Virus record (IMG/VR): IMGVR_UViG_3300005805_000229
Location: 1-36,264 of that record
From: a virus
Lineage: Duplodnaviria > Caudoviricetes
Strand: one strand, 5' to 3'
Length of the DNA: 36,264 nucleotides
A program made the position numbers and the translations under genes. The notes beneath the pieces were generated by a model. That model did not search any database. It saw nothing but the letters and a program-made list of their open reading frames with translations, and was not told the origin of the DNA. The stretch's first letter is position 1. Each line of letters begins with the position of its first letter. Of this stretch, positions 1 to 8,704 are shown one piece after another.

Positions 1-149
1 GCTTGAGTGACGTTATCACGGGCCACCTCCTCGCGTGTTTTGTTTAAAAGGATACTGAGGCGCTGGATCTCTGAGGCTTTTTCGTGACCGATATATGCCA
101 AAATACCCAGCAGCGCCGTCAATACCATGTTCCAAAGCATCATTTCCAT
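1..149 (-). CDS. Small membrane-anchored coiled-coil phage protein, 3'-truncated by the window edge
   Basis: Not in the ORF track. ATG at 149, just after the stop of 151..405, reads MEMMLWNMVLTALLGILAYIGHEKASEIQRLSILLNKTREEVARDNVTQ with no stop before base 1: a hydrophobic N-terminal helix followed by a heptad-like segment. Confidence 0.7.
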   Translation of the reverse strand, partial: MEMMLWNMVLTALLGILAYIGHEKASEIQRLSILLNKTREEVARDNVTQ

Positions 150-150
150 A

Positions 151-405
151 TCAGCACTTCCACGCTCTTAAACTTTTATTGATCCGACTGTTTGGATCGT
201 TAGCGGTTTTAGCTGATGTCAGCTTCTTCTTCATGCCAGTCATCCGAGCACAAAAAGACTTCTTGCGTGCACCGCCTTCGGGTTGGGGAGCCTTTAAGCC
301 GGGCTTTCCGGGGTTGGCAGCGTTATACGATGCCCGCCCCTTAGCATTTAGCCCACCTTTTGGGTTCTTACCTTCTTTGCGTTGCCACGCAGGAGTCTTA
401 GCCAT
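151..405 (-). CDS. Conserved basic phage protein (DUF6321-like)
   Basis: 84 aa, Lys/Arg-rich. MAKTPAWQRKEGKNPKGGLN...RKKSFCARM...LRAWKC is a family I recognise from the virion modules of aquatic phages. Overlaps the upstream gene's stop. Confidence 0.75.
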   Translation of the reverse strand: MAKTPAWQRKEGKNPKGGLNAKGRASYNAANPGKPGLKAPQPEGGARKKSFCARMTGMKKKLTSAKTANDPNSRINKSLRAWKC

Positions 406-685
406 AGAACACCGTGATGGAAGTCAAGGTTGTTACGTCAGCGTAAATGTCAGTCTCACACCGAATGCCCTCAGCAGGGACAATGATGTTAAACGGCGCT
501 GGCGTAGTATTAGAAGGCCAATTTATTTCAAAAACAGTTGCGCCACCTGTGCCGCCGTCTTTTAGCACCAACGAACCTGCACTTGTAGAAGGCGAAATCA
601 AAATGCCTTTAATTCGTGCAGGTGCGCCAAAAATGGTGCCATCAGTCGTACGGTACGCACTCTTTACATCAGTTTGCATACCCAT
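398..685 (-). CDS. Putative virion structural protein
   Basis: 95 aa, beta-rich with small residues. SD AGGAGG lies upstream; co-oriented in the late operon. Confidence 0.65.
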   Translation of the reverse strand: MGMQTDVKSAYRTTDGTIFGAPARIKGILISPSTSAGSLVLKDGGTGGATVFEINWPSNTTPAPFNIIVPAEGIRCETDIYADVTTLTSITVFYG

Positions 686-698
686 ACGGGCCTCCTAA

Positions 699-1181
699 TT
701 AAACGCTCTGTTGACCAACCAGCGGATCAGTGACGTAGTAAAGAATGGTTCCAGTCATATCCCCAGTGCCAGCGCTTCCGCCTACACGCGCAGTGATATA
801 CACCATCTCTGTAGCACTCATAGCTAGGCCCATCGAAGTACCTGCGCCAGTGCTTCCAACGGTGTAGTTAGCAAGCGTGTTAGATGCGTTATCCAAAATA
901 CCAGCAGCAGTATTAGTGCCGGTTGTGTAGGTCGTAAAGCCCATGTCGGTCTGACCAGTAGCATCGTCAACCGTGAAGATGACGTTAGTAATAACTGCGC
1001 CAGCAGGCAGAATCAGCGCAGGTGCGCCAGATGCAGAAGAAACAGTCACGTTGGTAGATGCAGCAGCAGCAACATCAGCGATATAAAACTGAGCAGCCAT
1101 TACGCCGGTGCCGCAATATGCGGTGCGAGTTTGATCCCCACCGCCCGAACGCCAAATACTTTGGGTAGTTGAAACAGCCAT
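699..1181 (-). CDS. Putative virion structural (capsid-associated) protein
   Basis: 160 aa, Ala/Gly/Thr-rich. SD GGAG precedes the ATG; first gene downstream of the major capsid gene. Confidence 0.65.
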   Translation of the reverse strand: MAVSTTQSIWRSGGGDQTRTAYCGTGVMAAQFYIADVAAAASTNVTVSSASGAPALILPAGAVITNVIFTVDDATGQTDMGFTTYTTGTNTAAGILDNASNTLANYTVGSTGAGTSMGLAMSATEMVYITARVGGSAGTGDMTGTILYYVTDPLVGQQSV

Positions 1182-1194
1182 GTTTTTCTCCGTG

Positions 1195-1262
1195 TAGTAG
1201 CACGACTCGCTTTGGATTCTCTACTAAGTCTGCTAGGCCAGTATCCAAAGCTAAAATCCTAG
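1195..1262 (-). ncRNA. Structured, pseudoknotted RNA element downstream of the gpT-like capsid gene (candidate Mu-gpT-DE-type motif)
   Basis: Three interleaved complementary pairs: 1258-1262/1233-1237 (5 bp), 1243-1251/1209-1217 (9 bp) and 1221-1226/1195-1200 (6 bp). The location matches the described Mu-gpT downstream element; family membership was not computed. Confidence 0.55.
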
Positions 1263-1279
1263 TACCAAAAGAATACAAC

Positions 1280-1304
1280 AAAAGGGGGGTTTTGCAACCC
1301 CCCT
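1280..1304 (-). terminator. Rho-independent terminator after the major capsid gene
   Basis: Minus strand reads AGGGGGGTT-GCAA-AACCCCCCT followed by TTTGTTGTATTCTTTT: a 9-bp stem with a GNRA loop, 7 nt after the MCP stop. Confidence 0.85.
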
Positions 1305-1311
1305 CTACTAC

Positions 1312-2220
1312 TTAAGCACCCTCTGAACCGTACACGCCCAGCGGATCAGACCAGCCGAACGAATAACGCTCACGAGCCTTGTAACGGACGTTACCAGTGT
1401 CAAAGTCTCCGTCCATGCTGTTTTGCAGCGGGGTACGAACGAAGTGCTTCAGACCATTGGGAACATCAGTCGTCAGGAACCAAGCATCCGGGTCCGTCAA
1501 GAAGTGGTTGATCGCATAACCTTCAGGGATCGAACCGTTGTTCTTGAGGGCATTGATGTCGTTGTCATTCGTACCGACACGGAGTTCAGTCTCCAGCAGA
1601 CGAGTAGCAACGAACTGCAATGCAGGCGGGATGATCAGCTTACGGGGTTTGGCAGCGATCAGCAGACCACGCTCATCCGTCCATGCAGCGATCTGAATAA
1701 CAGCCGCCTCAAGGGCAGTCTCATTCAGGTCAGAAGCAACGGCAGGAATGTTGCTGTTTGTGCCACCAGAAACAAGCGGGTGCGAAGCCGAGAACAGGGC
1801 AACACCATCGCCACCGGGGTAGCTGGAGGAGAAGCCGTTGTTCAGGACTGAAGCAGCTTTAACTTGTTTGGTATAAGACATAGCACGAGCCAGCGCTTTG
1901 GTATAGCGTGAGGACAGGGAGTCATACAGGTTGTCCTCAATTGCTTCTTCAGTGATGGAGAAGCCCAGAGCAATGGTTTCGTGGTTATAGCGAGCCGTGA
2001 AAGCTTCCTGAGCATTGTCATAAGCGATGGCAGAACCTTCGTTTTTGACCGGTGCAGCAGAAAAGCCAGACAGCTTGGTTTCTTCTTCAAACGAACGCTC
2101 GGAGGTCTCAGTTTCATAGATCTCTTTGTGTTCTTCGTCGTAGCGAGCGTACTCCATACCGAACAACGCGTTCAGACCCGGGAGCAGCTCTTTCAGTAAT
2201 TGTGCGCGTGAAATAGCCAT
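1312..2220 (-). CDS. Major capsid protein (Mu gpT-like)
   Basis: 302 aa starting MAISRAQLLKELLPGLNALFG, with GDGVALFSASHP and RYKARERYSFGWSDP motifs. Strong SD AAGGAG and a terminator downstream. Confidence 0.9.
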   Translation of the reverse strand: MAISRAQLLKELLPGLNALFGMEYARYDEEHKEIYETETSERSFEEETKLSGFSAAPVKNEGSAIAYDNAQEAFTARYNHETIALGFSITEEAIEDNLYDSLSSRYTKALARAMSYTKQVKAASVLNNGFSSSYPGGDGVALFSASHPLVSGGTNSNIPAVASDLNETALEAAVIQIAAWTDERGLLIAAKPRKLIIPPALQFVATRLLETELRVGTNDNDINALKNNGSIPEGYAINHFLTDPDAWFLTTDVPNGLKHFVRTPLQNSMDGDFDTGNVRYKARERYSFGWSDPLGVYGSEGA

Positions 2221-2231
2221 TTATTTACTCC

Positions 2232-2912
2232 TTAGAATCCAGCCGGGTTGAGGTACATATGACCACCAGTCATAACCGTAGTTACGGTAATTGGAGGTCC
2301 AGCGTTATAGGTAGAAACCGGATACGGGGCGTTAAACTTGCAGATAAATTCACAGAAATTACCTGAAGAGTTTGCAGTATCAGGCACGCCAGCAATGATA
2401 CGAACCGGCAATGAAGCAGTAGCAGCGGCGGAAGAACCGTCAATTGCAACAGCGGAATCACCAGTAGTCGTAGAACCGGAGTTCTGAACCAAAGCTACGT
2501 TTGTACCAACAACCGTCTGTCCGTAGAAAGCCACAACAGTCGTGCCGGAAACAGCAGCCACTTTAAACAGAACATCTGGATCATCAGCAACATAAGCAAC
2601 AGCATCAGTTACGCCAGAAGCGAAACCGGGCCAATACTGCTGAAAAGTCTTCTGTTTTGTTGAAGGATTGGTATACGCACAGCCCAAGAAAATACCCACG
2701 ATACCCTGAGAAGAAACCGTAGTAGTACCAGTCTCAACTTGGATGACGCCTGTATTAGCTAGTTTTACAACATCGCCATAAAAGATAGCGGTGTTATAGC
2801 TAATAGCAGAAGTCGTAATGGGATATTGACGAGTAGCACCAGCGAATACCTGCCCACCGATCAAATTGACCGGCTGCAAGCCGTAAGGCTTGTCAATGGT
2901 AGGATAAGCCAT
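2232..2912 (-). CDS. Putative capsid decoration/cement protein
   Basis: 226 aa with PYGLQPV, IFYGDVV and DDPDVLF motifs; immediately upstream of the MCP gene; SD AGGAG. Confidence 0.6.
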   Translation of the reverse strand: MAYPTIDKPYGLQPVNLIGGQVFAGATRQYPITTSAISYNTAIFYGDVVKLANTGVIQVETGTTTVSSQGIVGIFLGCAYTNPSTKQKTFQQYWPGFASGVTDAVAYVADDPDVLFKVAAVSGTTVVAFYGQTVVGTNVALVQNSGSTTTGDSAVAIDGSSAAATASLPVRIIAGVPDTANSSGNFCEFICKFNAPYPVSTYNAGPPITVTTVMTGGHMYLNPAGF

Positions 2913-2931
2913 TTAATGCTCCTAAGTTAAG

Positions 2932-3405
2932 TTATTTAGAACCAGAACCAAACCCTACGCCCTTGGTGACAGACGATTTTTTCTCGCTGAACAAAGGCAT
3001 ACGGGCATCACTTGACCGCAGGAAATTGTTATCAACAGATTCCATTTGGGCCGTGGCTTGTCGGTTGTAGTACTCGTTGCGGGACTGCGCCAGTTCTTCT
3101 GGCATAGAACACAGCATCAAGCCTCCAATCTCAACATTGCCGTTTGTATTACCTTGAAGCAGAAGCTCAGGATAGTCCTCAGCTCTGACGGGTTCCCATC
3201 CCTCACGCATCTTTTTCGACACGTTTGACGCATGCGACTGACCAAGAAGTTGGGTGGCTACCCACCGAAACTTCAGCCCGGGGCGTGGGTCTGGAGTTGG
3301 GAGAGTGCTAGCAGGCACATAAACTGTACGAGCTTTGCTCTCACGTGTTTGAAGGTTTCTAGGTGTGCGCTCTTGCGCACCGTCACGACTAATTCTTTCA
3401 GACAT
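2932..3405 (-). CDS. Conserved head-module protein of unknown function
   Basis: 157 aa with LPTPDPRPGLKFRWV, REGWEPV and IGGLMLC motifs; lies between the scaffold and decoration genes. Confidence 0.7.
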   Translation of the reverse strand: MSERISRDGAQERTPRNLQTRESKARTVYVPASTLPTPDPRPGLKFRWVATQLLGQSHASNVSKKMREGWEPVRAEDYPELLLQGNTNGNVEIGGLMLCSMPEELAQSRNEYYNRQATAQMESVDNNFLRSSDARMPLFSEKKSSVTKGVGFGSGSK

Positions 3406-3407
3406 GG

Positions 3408-4358
3408 TTAGGACTCCGAGTTAAGTTTAAGTACTTCACGTGCATACTGTTCATTAGTAAGACCCAGCCGCTTGGCTAAGGCTTCTTGGGTTTTGGTCAA
3501 TTTGACCGCTACCTTCTTACTAGCAGTACGAGTTGGAGCAGCAACTACGGTTGCCGGACGTTTCGGTTCCTTCCGCGCCTCTCCGAAATAATCGGGAAAC
3601 ACTTCACGCATGCGAGCGTCAATTCGCTCGTAATAGGTGTCAGTCCGAGGATCAACACCGTTTTCGACCAGCTTTTTGTGCACAGCCAGCGCGAGACTGG
3701 TCATCTCATCATCCTGCCCAAACCATTGGTTCCGGGCTTGCCACTTCGTCGCTTTAGGATCGTATGTGGCACCTGATTGCTGTTGTGTTGGTTGACTATA
3801 TACATCCGTTTCTGGGATTTGTAAAGCACTTGGTTTAAAAGATTTTGCTTGTTCCAAACGGTACCGGGCCGCAGCCAGTTCTTCTTGCGCTGCAATAATT
3901 GAGTCGGTATCGTAGGACTCCTGTGCTTCTTTTAGCTTCTGACGGGCAAACTGCAGTTCCATCTCAGCCTTGGAAGCCGCCATCTCGGTGTAAGTCTGCG
4001 CCCCTTGGTTATAGGTTTCCCGCAGCTTTTTGTTTTCCTCCAACAACTGCTGGGCGATCCGAGTAGCTTCTTCCCTCTCCCGAAGCGCAGCTTCTTTGGC
4101 TCTGCGCTCGTCATGACGGGCATGACTCAACTCCTTAATCCGTTTCTGGACCTTGTCGCTGTACTCAGCCACTTCCTCGTCAGACGGATCTTCCACCTCA
4201 CGCTCAAGCGGCTTGCGGCCACGGTCTTCCGGGGGCGTATCGTCTACGACCTCCAGCTCAATATCGGATTCTTCAGGAGTGGACTCATCCACGCCATCGG
4301 TTGCCTCTGCTTCTACTTCATCAGGGAACTTGTACTCTTCTTTATCGTTAACTGCCAT
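3408..4358 (-). CDS. Capsid scaffolding protein (putative)
   Basis: 316 aa: acidic N-terminus, long coiled coil, C-terminal LAKRLGLTNEQYA helix. SD AGGAGG; lies between portal and MCP. Confidence 0.7.
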   Translation of the reverse strand: MAVNDKEEYKFPDEVEAEATDGVDESTPEESDIELEVVDDTPPEDRGRKPLEREVEDPSDEEVAEYSDKVQKRIKELSHARHDERRAKEAALREREEATRIAQQLLEENKKLRETYNQGAQTYTEMAASKAEMELQFARQKLKEAQESYDTDSIIAAQEELAAARYRLEQAKSFKPSALQIPETDVYSQPTQQQSGATYDPKATKWQARNQWFGQDDEMTSLALAVHKKLVENGVDPRTDTYYERIDARMREVFPDYFGEARKEPKRPATVVAAPTRTASKKVAVKLTKTQEALAKRLGLTNEQYAREVLKLNSES

Positions 4359-4370
4359 TTTTACCTCCTG

Positions 4371-4745
4371 TTAAGCGCGGGTATAACCGCGTGGGTCTTC
4401 AACAACCGCTTCAACTTGATCATCGTTGAGTAAGCGGAACTCGCGTCCGTGGATCTTAAACCGTGTACCGGAGTAAGCCCTAACTAACACAAAGTCACCT
4501 TCCTTACACCAAGCCCCGCTGGGAAACTTAGCCGAGTCCTTGTAGGCATCCGGCCCCACGGCAAGCACGAAAAGCACAGTCGTGCTGTGTTCTTCGATTT
4601 TGGCTATTGATTCTGGTTTAAGCACATCCGTACCGCTAAACCTGTCCTCTACTTCAGGAACAGCACACAAAATTTTCCAGCCTTGTGGTTTAGGTAGTTG
4701 GGTGGCTTTTTGCGTGTCTTGAACTTCTTCTTCAATTGTCGTCAT
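4371..4745 (-). CDS. groES: Co-chaperonin GroES (Cpn10) family protein
   Basis: Likely start is the ATG at 4745 (MTTIEEE, SD GAGGA). PQGWKIL, VLAVGPDAY, KEGDFVL, YSGTRFKIHGREFRLLNDDQVEAVV follow the GroES pattern. Confidence 0.85.
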   Translation of the reverse strand: MTTIEEEVQDTQKATQLPKPQGWKILCAVPEVEDRFSGTDVLKPESIAKIEEHSTTVLFVLAVGPDAYKDSAKFPSGAWCKEGDFVLVRAYSGTRFKIHGREFRLLNDDQVEAVVEDPRGYTRA

Positions 4746-4932
4746 CTGATTCCTCAGCTCGTTTAGCAAGGTCAAGTAAGTGAGCCTCTGCCAGCGCCAG
4801 ACCTTGGATAACGCCACAGAGTTTTTGGTAATCCTCAAAACTTTTGCATGCCCCACCAGCGCAGTCGTCTGCGTAGTTGTTCATGTCATCACGGATTTTT
4901 TTGCGTAGAACGTCTACGAAAGATTGGATCAC
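4732..4932 (-). CDS. Small conserved helical phage protein
   Basis: 66 aa. ATGA overlap with the portal stop, SD GGAGG; SFEDYQKLCGVIQGL motif. Confidence 0.75.
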   Translation of the reverse strand: MIQSFVDVLRKKIRDDMNNYADDCAGGACKSFEDYQKLCGVIQGLALAEAHLLDLAKRAEESDDDN

Positions 4933-7334
4933 TGGTTGCTACCTCCTTTTGGTTTATTACGGTTAGCCCGTAAAGTTGAGTGGGACTTGGCAATATCCAC
5001 ACCGATTTTTGTACCTTCCATCTCCATACGGGCAGAAGCTTCCTGCTCTTTGATTGCCAACTCTTGCGCTTTAAGCTGCGCATCCATCTGATCTTTCGCG
5101 GCTTTGCGTTGGATCTCAGCCTGCTGTAACTGCAGCTTCTGCATCTCCACCTGCATAACCGGATCCTGCATCTGCTCTTGGGCCTGAGCCTGTGCGGCTT
5201 CAGCCTGATGCTGCGCCAGCACAATTTGTGAACCTTCGGCCACCATACGCGAGAGTTCGACTTCGGCTGCTTCTGGGAGCTTCTCGTCTGGGTGTGGCAG
5301 GGGTACCCCAATAGCATCCTGCACCTGACGCCGGTAGGCAAAAGCTAAGTGCTCGGCAATATGTGCTTGAGCCGCCGCCATGATCTGCGTAGCCATTGGA
5401 GACTGACCGACCATGGCTTGAATAGACGGATCTTGGATCATATTGGTGTGCGCCGTAATGTGGGCGTTGTGATCCTGATACATAAACGCCTTGACTGGCT
5501 TTAGCCGCAGCATGTTCATGTTCTCAGACAGTGGGTCTGTAGGCTTCTCATCCTCAATACTTGGCACCAGCTTGGCGACGTTCTTGATACCCAGAACCTC
5601 CAGCATCTGCCGATGCAAAGCCGGGATGTCATAGACCTGTGGAGCCTGTTGAGATAGCTGCAGCACCGCTTGGTACTGAACGATCCGCTGAGACATTGTT
5701 GCTGCGTTAGGGTCCGATACAGGAATTACCTCCACCATCCTGTAGTCGCTAGCCTTAGCTCGCGGGGGGCCATCTTCCGGCTCGTAGTCGTAGGTATCGT
5801 CCGTGTAGTCACGAATAATCGCAGCCAACAGCTTGAGTTCTTGCTTAAATGCGTAGTGCACCCGAGCCTGAACTGCCGACATAACCTTGAGCATCCGCTC
5901 CAACAGCGCCAACGTCGTACCCACCGGAGCTTGCGCGGACATATCGCTGATCTTCATGTCAGCCGTTGCGGCAAACCTACGGCCTTCTTCAACGATGGTG
6001 TTCAGCAGGTTGTAAAGCGTAGCGCTGGGTTCTTTGTACGGCAGCGGCAGGATGTTGTCACGAATAGCGCCAGAGCCTACGTCTACGTCCCTGAACTCAC
6101 CCGGAGCAATCGGTGTGTCATCGCCCTTGATCCTGAGTCCTCTGGACTTCAGACCGCCCGGAAGGTTTGATAACGTGCCCGCATCAACAAGCTGACGGAT
6201 GATGGAAGTGGCAGACTTAGCAAAACCACCAATTAGGTGGAAAAGTCCAAAGCCATACACCCCGAAGCCGGGGATATAGATGTAATGCACAAAGTGATTG
6301 CGCTTGGATTTGGTTTCATCATCTTCGTAGTAGTTGCGACGGATAGCCAGAATCTCTCCCGTACCCTCCATTACAGTCACCACGTAGGGCAACGCTATGC
6401 CTGTGGGTTCGTTGTCATCTTTGTCCTCGTACCCGGGCAGGTCAAGGTTTACGTGCATTTCATAAATGATGTACCGATCATCGTTAAGCGCGCTTAAACC
6501 TGTCTCTTTGTCCTTGCGCTCCTGAATCTCGTTCTTTTGCCGTGGCGGATCGCCCAGATCTACGTCCAAGTAAAACCCAGCTACCTGCAGCTTGCGGATC
6601 TCATTCTTGGTTTTATACATCCGGTGCGTTACGCGCTCGGCAGTCTCAATACCACTGGCACCGTACGAAATGATTACATCTTCAGCGGGCACAAACACCG
6701 ACATCTGACGCTGCTGTGATGGATCGTAGTAGACCTTCTTAAATGCTGAACCCGTAGCTGGCAGATTCCACAGCATGCGCTCATGCTCACTACGAAACTC
6801 CGGCATACGCTCGGTCAGTTCGTAGTTCATATCCTCTTTTACCCGCTGAGCAGCTTCGTCTTTCTCCTTGGTCTGCTTGCCAATGATTTTGGTCTTAACC
6901 GGACCCTGTGCAGGGAAGGTCTCCATGATTGTCTCTGACTGAAAGCGTACGACAGCCTCTGTGATCATTGGGTGGAACACGCCGCAAGCGCCATTCCACG
7001 GCTCCGTGCGCTCTTCGTACTTCAAACCCAGCAGGGTCAAGCCTTGCTTGTAGGTGTCTTCCCATTCTTTGCGCGAGCCAAGATCGGTTTTAATGTCCTC
7101 CAGAAGTTCGGAGCCAAGGCTATCTAGCTCACTGGGATCAATCTCTTCTGCCAAGTTGGCGTAGAAATCTTCTTCCTCCTCACCGGGTTCTATCTCAATC
7201 TCCAATCCTTCAGTCTTAATGCTTACCGACTCAGGATCTTCAATTTCAATCTCAATATCTGGCTCCATGCCCATCTGCTGAGCCATTTCCTCTATGCCAA
7301 TTGGAGCTTGCGTTAGTGCTTTATCGACTGCCAT
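4929..7334 (-). CDS. Portal protein
   Basis: 801 aa downstream of terL. Contains EPWNGACGVFHP, GSAFKKVYYD, YGFGLFHLIGG and LVDAGTLSNLPGG, plus a long Gln-rich C-terminal coiled coil like the P22-type barrel. Confidence 0.85.
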   Translation of the reverse strand: MAVDKALTQAPIGIEEMAQQMGMEPDIEIEIEDPESVSIKTEGLEIEIEPGEEEEDFYANLAEEIDPSELDSLGSELLEDIKTDLGSRKEWEDTYKQGLTLLGLKYEERTEPWNGACGVFHPMITEAVVRFQSETIMETFPAQGPVKTKIIGKQTKEKDEAAQRVKEDMNYELTERMPEFRSEHERMLWNLPATGSAFKKVYYDPSQQRQMSVFVPAEDVIISYGASGIETAERVTHRMYKTKNEIRKLQVAGFYLDVDLGDPPRQKNEIQERKDKETGLSALNDDRYIIYEMHVNLDLPGYEDKDDNEPTGIALPYVVTVMEGTGEILAIRRNYYEDDETKSKRNHFVHYIYIPGFGVYGFGLFHLIGGFAKSATSIIRQLVDAGTLSNLPGGLKSRGLRIKGDDTPIAPGEFRDVDVGSGAIRDNILPLPYKEPSATLYNLLNTIVEEGRRFAATADMKISDMSAQAPVGTTLALLERMLKVMSAVQARVHYAFKQELKLLAAIIRDYTDDTYDYEPEDGPPRAKASDYRMVEVIPVSDPNAATMSQRIVQYQAVLQLSQQAPQVYDIPALHRQMLEVLGIKNVAKLVPSIEDEKPTDPLSENMNMLRLKPVKAFMYQDHNAHITAHTNMIQDPSIQAMVGQSPMATQIMAAAQAHIAEHLAFAYRRQVQDAIGVPLPHPDEKLPEAAEVELSRMVAEGSQIVLAQHQAEAAQAQAQEQMQDPVMQVEMQKLQLQQAEIQRKAAKDQMDAQLKAQELAIKEQEASARMEMEGTKIGVDIAKSHSTLRANRNKPKGGSNQ

Positions 7335-7337
7335 GAT

Positions 7338-7883
7338 TTATTCCTCACAAGAAGTGCGTGCCCAACAAACCGCTGAATACCGAACACCTTTTGTAATGGG
7401 TGTAACACGGTGCATTGCAGTCGAGTCAAACACAACGATATCGCCCTTGTTTTTGAGCAAGTTATCGCTTTTGTCTTTTATTTGAAGTAGCCCACCCTCA
7501 AACTCGGATGGATCGTTTAGAAGTATTACAAAGGATGCTGCGCGCTGCGTACCGTTTTGAACCGGAAGCAAGTCGTTATGCCATCTGTAGTGCCCACCCT
7601 CTGTGTAGCGAAGGATCTGCACCAAATCAAAATCACACAAACTATTGGCCCATTGGCCTTTTACGTTACCGTCAACCAAATAGTTCTTACACACTGAGCC
7701 AAGCGGCGACATAAGGTTGTCAGAAAGAATGTCCGTTTGTCTTATGGCATCTGTTTGTAGGTTTGTGCCGTTGTACATAACCGAACCTTTAGCGCTGTCT
7801 TCCCAGCAAAGGCTGTTAAGAACGTAGTCACAAAACGCAGGCGGCATAGCCTGTTGGTAGTACATGCAGGTAAAGTTATTCAT
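7338..7883 (-). CDS. 2OG-Fe(II) oxygenase (prolyl-4-hydroxylase/PKHD-like)
   Basis: HxD (YRWHND), FEGG, distal His and Arg in MHRVTPITKGVRYSAVCW. Confidence 0.9.
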   Translation of the reverse strand: MNNFTCMYYQQAMPPAFCDYVLNSLCWEDSAKGSVMYNGTNLQTDAIRQTDILSDNLMSPLGSVCKNYLVDGNVKGQWANSLCDFDLVQILRYTEGGHYRWHNDLLPVQNGTQRAASFVILLNDPSEFEGGLLQIKDKSDNLLKNKGDIVVFDSTAMHRVTPITKGVRYSAVCWARTSCEE

Positions 7884-7894
7884 GCTTTAATTTT

Positions 7895-8695
7895 TTAAAT
7901 TAGTTTTTTACCGCCAGATAAAGGTTTATCAACAAGCCCGCCTTTTTTAAATATTTTGTATTTCATCTTTTCTAATGCGTCTGTAAACACATTAGACCCT
8001 GTTTCTTTTTGGCGCGTATGTGGCGGTAAATCTTTAGCATCTAGCCGCGTTTGCCGCAGTCCTGTTAAGGCACTGTATATTTCACGTACTTCACGGTCTT
8101 TAAAAAGATTTTTACGTAAAAACGGATCTTTTGTAATGTCCGTGTTTGTTTTAGCTTCTATGGCTACTAAATCAGCAATCATTTCGTAAGCCAAATTAGG
8201 TGCAAGCGGTCCTTGAAAATCTATCATGTCTGGCGAAAAATACATGGAATCCAACCCATACTTTTTCTTTAGGTATGGGTACACCTTAGCAGCATCTTTA
8301 ACAAACTGACTTCTAAGAACACGTCCTTGTTTGGGGTCGTTTGTCATTGAATCAAAAACCGTATTTATTTCTGATGGTTTTCCAAGCTGTTGCCTAGCTA
8401 ATAAATGTTCTGACTCATGCGCAATTGAAGGCTTATCTGCTATTAAATTTGGTTCTAAAAAAGCAGCAGGAACTTGCCTGTGTACTTTTTCAAACTGTTC
8501 TTCTTTAGTGCGTTCATTTGGGGAGACAACGTAAGCAGCCCCCGGATTTAATGCACGATCTTTGTACAACTGTAAATTAGGTAACCCAAAATACGACATT
8601 GGCATGTCTTTTGGTATAGCTGCCGGTGTACGTTCTACTTCACTTATCCGGTTTGCTTTTCTTAAAAGCTCTAAAGTTATTGGATCGAGTGCCAT
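7895..8695 (-). CDS. Hypothetical protein with HExxH motif and basic C-terminal KKGG tail
   Basis: 266 aa containing IAHESEH and ending KKGGLVDKPLSGGKKLI. SD AAGGA; visibly more AT-rich than terL and portal. Confidence 0.7.
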   Translation of the reverse strand: MALDPITLELLRKANRISEVERTPAAIPKDMPMSYFGLPNLQLYKDRALNPGAAYVVSPNERTKEEQFEKVHRQVPAAFLEPNLIADKPSIAHESEHLLARQQLGKPSEINTVFDSMTNDPKQGRVLRSQFVKDAAKVYPYLKKKYGLDSMYFSPDMIDFQGPLAPNLAYEMIADLVAIEAKTNTDITKDPFLRKNLFKDREVREIYSALTGLRQTRLDAKDLPPHTRQKETGSNVFTDALEKMKYKIFKKGGLVDKPLSGGKKLI

Positions 8696-8704
8696 GGTTT
8701 TTCC

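Noticed and set aside
95-565. 156-aa + strand ORF and the other antisense or nested ORFs in the track
   Set aside because: They lie opposite or inside well-supported genes in tightly packed single-strand operons and lack SD sites or motifs.
4746-4856. Extended GroES N-terminus in the track
   Set aside because: Overlaps the 66-aa gene in another frame; the ATG at 4745 has an SD and gives a normal GroES length.
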